Origin: a bacterium
GTDB lineage: Bacteria; Electryoneota; JAOADG01
DNA: 64,000 nt
Assembly (NCBI GenBank): GCA_963681965.1
Contig: OY820579.1
Coordinates: 960,001-1,024,000 of the forward strand
Reading direction: 5' to 3'
The translations under genes and the position numbers were made by a program. Positions 59,156 to 64,000 of the stretch are shown one piece after another. How positions within the stretch are numbered: position 1 is the first letter of the stretch; every line of letters starts with the position of its first letter. The notes under the pieces are model-generated. The model searched no databases. It had not been told where the DNA came from and was given only the letters and a program-made list of their open reading frames with translations.

Positions 59156-62100
59156 TTATTTCATTTCGGCATGAAGCGGAGATTTTGAGTAGTAACTCTC
59201 ACCGTTGGTATTTCCGTCAAAATGAAACAGCGCTCGAGTGTGAGTATCGACCTTTAACCGTTGATCGTGCTTTAACGGTTGGAAGTCGACAGTATATCGC
59301 TGTGTATCAGAAATCCGTAATTCGTCGATGCTGGCTTCGAGTTTCGGCAAATCAAATTGAGTCGGTATATCAATCAACCGGTTTTTCAACCAAGTGTAAC
59401 TGGATGTTTGACCCAATTTACCGTTGATGTACAATTCCATTACCATCACACTGTCGGCTGGAACGCGATTGTATCCGGGTGTTCGAGGAATTATTCCGTT
59501 CCGGTATCCCCACACCCATGCAATATGTGTCCATTCATTCGGTTGCAACAGTACCCGTCGCCATGCTCGCAACGGCTTCTTTCCGGACAATCCATCGGTG
59601 TCGAATGATCCTTCCAGTGTGTGCGATGCTGTTTGATCGGCTTGAGAATTGGTGCTGTTTGGAGCATTCTGATATCGGAGATATCCAATTTGTTTTCCAT
59701 TCGCCGCTCTGATCGAGCAGATCGTAAGCGCATTTGCTTTTTCGGAACTGGTCGATTGATTTGGGCGATACCAGAATTCGATCGTCCCGGTACTGCCGGG
59801 TAAATACATCGAACCATCGTTCGAAGGAGACTTTTCGTTGGAAATAAAATGAAATGTCCGGTTATCGATCGAGAATCCCGTGCGCGATTGAGTATCCAGT
59901 AAGTGATTCGATTGACCCGCAATGGATGGCTCAAAATAATTTTCCGGTGATTCGGCAGCGAAAAAGGGTGGAATATTCTTAACACGTATCAATTGGTTGT
60001 TGACAGGACAGAAGCTCCAGAGACCGGAAACGCCAGCCGATAATTCGATTTCGCCGTGAAGAACTTCGCCATTTCGGTAAAGCGTGCCGGAGGGTGTAAT
60101 TAACTGCGCCGAACCTTCAAATACGATCGTCGGTTTGATTGCGGCAACAGGAACTTTGAAATAGTAACGTACCGAAGGTGTTTGCGACGGATACGGTCGC
60201 CAATAACCGGGTGCATAGACAACCATCGGGATCGCTGCATCGGCAATTGCGAGATGTTGACCATACCATTTACTGCCGATCAGATAGTCACCCGTTGCGG
60301 CACTTTTCGGGAGCGCGATACTGCTGTGTTGATACCCGTCGCTTGCAATCCATTTGGATAAATGAACGGTCGGATTCTGAGCTGACGATAACCATAGATC
60401 TTTACATTGCCAGACGTCGATATTGATGGGGTTGTTGCCAGTCTTTCGGATGACAATCGCGGTTGAATCACCCATATCGTCGAAGCCGATCCATGACGCA
60501 TGGTGTTTGGTATCGCTGGCGTTTTCTAGAGCATTTTTTTCAGCGAGTGGAACACCCTCAAAGAGAAAAGTCGTTTTTTCAACGCTGGAAATTCCTTCGA
60601 TTGTCTGTTTTACATTATCGTAGGTGGAAGCAAGATATCGAAGTTGAATCGTCAAACCTTGCCGATATCGAAGATCGTGTGTTTCGTTGTAGAGAAAATC
60701 GCCGGCGACACCAGTTGGATTGCAATAGAACAGTGGAAACGCTCCGAAAAAGTTCGTCCAATCGTAGCGAGCGACTCGCTTGGCGGCTTCGAGGTACCGT
60801 TGATCGCCGAGAATTTGATAAGAATCGATTAAAGCACGAACATCGGCATCCAATTTATAGGTTGTATTCTCAAGTTCAGTTTGAAACATCTTTCTCGGTT
60901 GAATGATTCCGAGTTGGCTGTCCGGTCGAGATAGAATATCCATCGTAGCATTCGCCATTCGGCGAAATTCCTGATTGCCGGTAAATCCGTAGAGCTGCGA
61001 TAACATTCGCAACAACATCAACGGTCGCTCGTCGGTGTGCACCTGATTAAGATTCCACTTTTGCAAAACAGCACTGGCATATTCTTGCATTACCTCTTTG
61101 GTTCTTCGGCTTCCCGTCAAGTAATAATCGAGAAAATACGCATCAAGATTCGATGAACTGGCGTTGTGAATGGCTTTTGCAGTTTCCCAATAGAATGGGA
61201 GCATTCCGGGATTTGCATTACCTGCCGGGAGATCGGTTCCAGTTGCTTGAAGAAATAATCCCTTCGGTTTTCCGGGCACCTCCCAATGCGACATACAAGC
61301 ATCGAGCAGGCTTCGGTTGGTCGTTTGCGCAAATTCTCGAATTTTGCGTTCACCCGATCGCGCATAGAGTTTCCATAGGTCGGAACGAAGTGTATAGGTT
61401 GAATTGTTATAGCGGATCTGGTTCGGATATTTTCCCGAATACTCCAAATGGGGACCCATTCCATAATCGACAAAACCGTAGTCGCCCCAATTGGTCACAT
61501 TCGTTTGCCATTTGCTAATACCAGCCTCGATCGCTTTTTCCGGGATTGAAAATTTGTTTGCATCGCGTGGATGATAGGAACCAATTGCTTCGGTTTGTGC
61601 AATCCAATTTGGATCGGGCATTGCATACACAGGATTGGAACGTTTGTAGGCTAACTGACTCATTTCAGCCGTAGTCGCGTTGGGGGGTAGCGGTACAACC
61701 AGTAATTCGTGCGTTTTCGACCATCCGGCGGCATTGAAATCGTAGTTCGATACGCGTTTTAAAATCAATTCGATATCTTGTTGACTCGACTTCGGAACCG
61801 ATGCAGTATACCATTGACGCAAATCCCATTTCTTCACCAGAGCGGGTGCTCGAAAATCGAGCAAGTCGCCATTCCGATTGCTAAACAGATGTAGGGTTAC
61901 GCGATTACGTTCGAGGTAAAATTCTTTCGGATGTTGAAGAGCGGCATCGGTACAGGAAACAAGCATTCCGCCTTTACTACCCGATAGTGCTGACCAGTCG
62001 CCGCACTCCGATCCTTCAATAGCGATTCTTGGTTTGTGATTTTGTACTGTCGAAATAGCGAAATGATTGCGATTATGAGCAAAGAAATAATGGTCGTCTT

Positions 62101-63007
62101 GAATCATGAAAGCGGCATCAGTGGATTGAGTCAGTAAATACTTTTGTGATTGCCGCCAATCGTTTCGATCGGATCCGAAATTTGCGGTAGGATTTGAACC
62201 GGGAGTGACCGATAGCTCCCAACCAATATCGGAAAACTGAATCTCGTTGCTGTTTCGTGTTAAAATTAATGTATGAGTGATATTGGCGGTCGATTGTCCG
62301 GCGAAGAATTCTAATCGAGTAATGTGACGTGCAAGAATCTCGCCTGAAGCTGTCGCATAATTCCCTTCAAATCGAATCGTTGCTGCAATCGATCCATTCG
62401 ATTCGATCGTCATGGTTTCATCGGTAGTCGATGCCGAAGCGACGCGACCATTTTGATCGGTTACGTAGAGCCCTTTTCCCGGTTTACCGGCAGCGACACA
62501 ATTGGGCCCGATCCAGATCTCGTCGATTGGGGAGATCCCTCGGGTGAGAATATATCGAGCGGATCCCGTTTCAACGCTTATTTTGCCATTAACTTGCTTA
62601 ACAGTGAGTTTCGGAGCAGCTTCGGATTGGTCACTAGTCGTTTCATCTGTTAGAAACAGGGAGTGATTAGGATTTACAAGTGCGTCGAAGCGAACCCATT
62701 TAATCGAAGCGTCAGGATACCAATATCCGGTGATTTCAGACTGAAATGGAATGGAATGATTGAAGCCATCGACCAGCCGAAGGTGGTTTACGTCGCGCAA
62801 TCTTCCTTTGGGAAAGGGTACCCCGAATGTGACAGGTGTGGAATTTAGCGATGAGAGTCCACTTGGTAAATTAATCTGAATTGGGATATGTATCGGTATC
62901 GAAGAGGCACCAAGTGAACTGTAATTGTAATTCGATTCCCACCGACATACTGTCGTCAGAAGAATTAATACCGCAATAAATCGTAAATATAAATGTTTCT
63001 GCACCAT
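59156..63007 (-). CDS. Large exported carbohydrate-active-like protein (YetA/PcRGLX-like N-terminus, LamG-like C-terminus)
   Basis: PVTFGVPFPKG...WYPDASIKWVRFD N-terminal barrel motif; GTIEFW, WTHIAWVW, LYINGK, IDELRISD LamG motifs. Confidence 0.7.
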   Translation of the reverse strand: MVQKHLYLRFIAVLILLTTVCRWESNYNYSSLGASSIPIHIPIQINLPSGLSSLNSTPVTFGVPFPKGRLRDVNHLRLVDGFNHSIPFQSEITGYWYPDASIKWVRFDALVNPNHSLFLTDETTSDQSEAAPKLTVKQVNGKISVETGSARYILTRGISPIDEIWIGPNCVAAGKPGKGLYVTDQNGRVASASTTDETMTIESNGSIAATIRFEGNYATASGEILARHITRLEFFAGQSTANITHTLILTRNSNEIQFSDIGWELSVTPGSNPTANFGSDRNDWRQSQKYLLTQSTDAAFMIQDDHYFFAHNRNHFAISTVQNHKPRIAIEGSECGDWSALSGSKGGMLVSCTDAALQHPKEFYLERNRVTLHLFSNRNGDLLDFRAPALVKKWDLRQWYTASVPKSSQQDIELILKRVSNYDFNAAGWSKTHELLVVPLPPNATTAEMSQLAYKRSNPVYAMPDPNWIAQTEAIGSYHPRDANKFSIPEKAIEAGISKWQTNVTNWGDYGFVDYGMGPHLEYSGKYPNQIRYNNSTYTLRSDLWKLYARSGERKIREFAQTTNRSLLDACMSHWEVPGKPKGLFLQATGTDLPAGNANPGMLPFYWETAKAIHNASSSNLDAYFLDYYLTGSRRTKEVMQEYASAVLQKWNLNQVHTDERPLMLLRMLSQLYGFTGNQEFRRMANATMDILSRPDSQLGIIQPRKMFQTELENTTYKLDADVRALIDSYQILGDQRYLEAAKRVARYDWTNFFGAFPLFYCNPTGVAGDFLYNETHDLRYRQGLTIQLRYLASTYDNVKQTIEGISSVEKTTFLFEGVPLAEKNALENASDTKHHASWIGFDDMGDSTAIVIRKTGNNPINIDVWQCKDLWLSSAQNPTVHLSKWIASDGYQHSSIALPKSAATGDYLIGSKWYGQHLAIADAAIPMVVYAPGYWRPYPSQTPSVRYYFKVPVAAIKPTIVFEGSAQLITPSGTLYRNGEVLHGEIELSAGVSGLWSFCPVNNQLIRVKNIPPFFAAESPENYFEPSIAGQSNHLLDTQSRTGFSIDNRTFHFISNEKSPSNDGSMYLPGSTGTIEFWYRPNQSTSSEKANALTICSIRAANGKQIGYLRYQNAPNSTNSQADQTASHTLEGSFDTDGLSGKKPLRAWRRVLLQPNEWTHIAWVWGYRNGIIPRTPGYNRVPADSVMVMELYINGKLGQTSSYTWLKNRLIDIPTQFDLPKLEASIDELRISDTQRYTVDFQPLKHDQRLKVDTHTRALFHFDGNTNGESYYSKSPLHAEMK

Positions 63008-63072
63008 TTTTCTGTTTCCAACGAAGACATGCGTTCTTGGTCGATCTTGAAATAGTGCTTACATCGAAGTCG

Positions 63073-63807
63073 TCACTTGATTAGAAGTTTATAGGATGCG
63101 AACACCAACACTAAACTTAACAGCGTTTTGAGAATCCGATTTGATATTTTTGTCGCGCCAAAAAAAGATCCGGTGATGCCACCCAACAACGCAGCCACAA
63201 AAAACGGAGCCAGCGAGACAAATTCCAGTTGCGAGTTAATCCATCTACCGGCAAGACCGGCAAGTGAATTAAAAAAGATAAATGTTGCAGCGGTAGCAGC
63301 TGCGCGTTTCACTGTTGCCCATCTAGCCAGGACGAGAATTGGACTCAGAAATATACCACCGCCAATCCCAATCATTCCGGATACTAGACCAACCACCAGA
63401 CCGATGGGCGATGTGATAAATTTCGATGGTACCCGGTCAGTAGGAATCTCTTCCGATGGTTTTCGGTATAAAATCATGATTGCGGCTACAACTAATAATG
63501 TGATGCCTAGAATGATTTCATAAGTGTGATCGGTCAATTTTAAATAGCCGCCGATAAATGCTGCCGGTACCGATGTGATAAGGATGGGTAGGATCAGACG
63601 TCGGTCGAAATGACCTGCGCGGGAAAAATTATAAAATGCAATCGATGAAACAACAATGTTCAACACCAATGCAGTCGAAGCCATCGCTTTCGGAGCAAAT
63701 GAAAAAATTGCCATCACTGCCAGATAACCCGATGCACCACCGTGCCCGACCGAAGAATAGAGTGCAGCGACTAGGAAAATAAGTAATGAAATCGAGACGA
63801 TTTCCAC
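63073..63807 (-). CDS. TauE/SafE family membrane protein
   Basis: SSVGHGGASGY, SGMIGIGGGIFLSP, multiple TM helices. Confidence 0.9.
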   Translation of the reverse strand: MEIVSISLLIFLVAALYSSVGHGGASGYLAVMAIFSFAPKAMASTALVLNIVVSSIAFYNFSRAGHFDRRLILPILITSVPAAFIGGYLKLTDHTYEIILGITLLVVAAIMILYRKPSEEIPTDRVPSKFITSPIGLVVGLVSGMIGIGGGIFLSPILVLARWATVKRAAATAATFIFFNSLAGLAGRWINSQLEFVSLAPFFVAALLGGITGSFFGATKISNRILKTLLSLVLVFASYKLLIK

Positions 63808-63809
63808 GA

Positions 63810-64000
63810 TTAATCCTCACTATTCGCTTGGATTGTAATCGTATCGCCAACCTTGATCGATCCACCGGTTAGCACTTTGGTAAATATTCCTTCGCGTGGC
63901 ATCACACAATCGCCAGCGATTTCGAATATCGCGCATCGCGAATGACACTCTTTCCCGATTTGTGTGACTTGCAATAGACATTTACCAATTTGAATCAGGT
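63810..64000 (-). CDS. MOSC-domain protein (5' end outside the window)
   Basis: Manual translation ...QVTQIGKECHSRCAIFEIAGDCVMPREGIFTKVLTGGSIKVGD...SED, stop at 63810. Confidence 0.88.
   Translation of the reverse strand, partial: LIQIGKCLLQVTQIGKECHSRCAIFEIAGDCVMPREGIFTKVLTGGSIKVGDTITIQANSED

Overview
Bacterial chromosomal window, most consistent with an FCB-superphylum organism: three proteins end in YPNPFN-type T9SS/FlgD-like C-terminal domains and GlyRS is the homodimeric glyQS type. It is mostly housekeeping genes (glyQS, acpS, nnr, ssb, hpt, yidC, a long-chain acyl-CoA ligase, an MTA/SAH deaminase), signalling genes (hybrid histidine kinase, GGDEF protein, ECF sigma/anti-sigma) and very large repeat-rich secreted proteins (2698 aa and 2938 aa). 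The best candidate for an undescribed system is a visibly AT-richer two-gene operon (2204-6234) between glyQS and a UmuC-like polymerase. It encodes a ~960-aa fusion of an APH/TCAD9-like kinase, a degenerate Nudix, an intact Nudix and a viperin-like radical SAM domain, plus a stand-alone GlmU-like left-handed beta-helix protein, and may be a nucleotide-modifying defence or biosynthetic module. Other leads are an apparently split FN3 domain across two adjacent secreted proteins, a HAD phosphatase with a clamp-binding-like QLNLPL tail, a pgsW/CapD-like divergent pair, a REP-containing structured element, and higher-order repeats in the 27-repeat adhesin. No rRNA, tRNA, CRISPR array, transposase or integrase was recognised. 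All family assignments come from motif recognition by eye; no searches were run.
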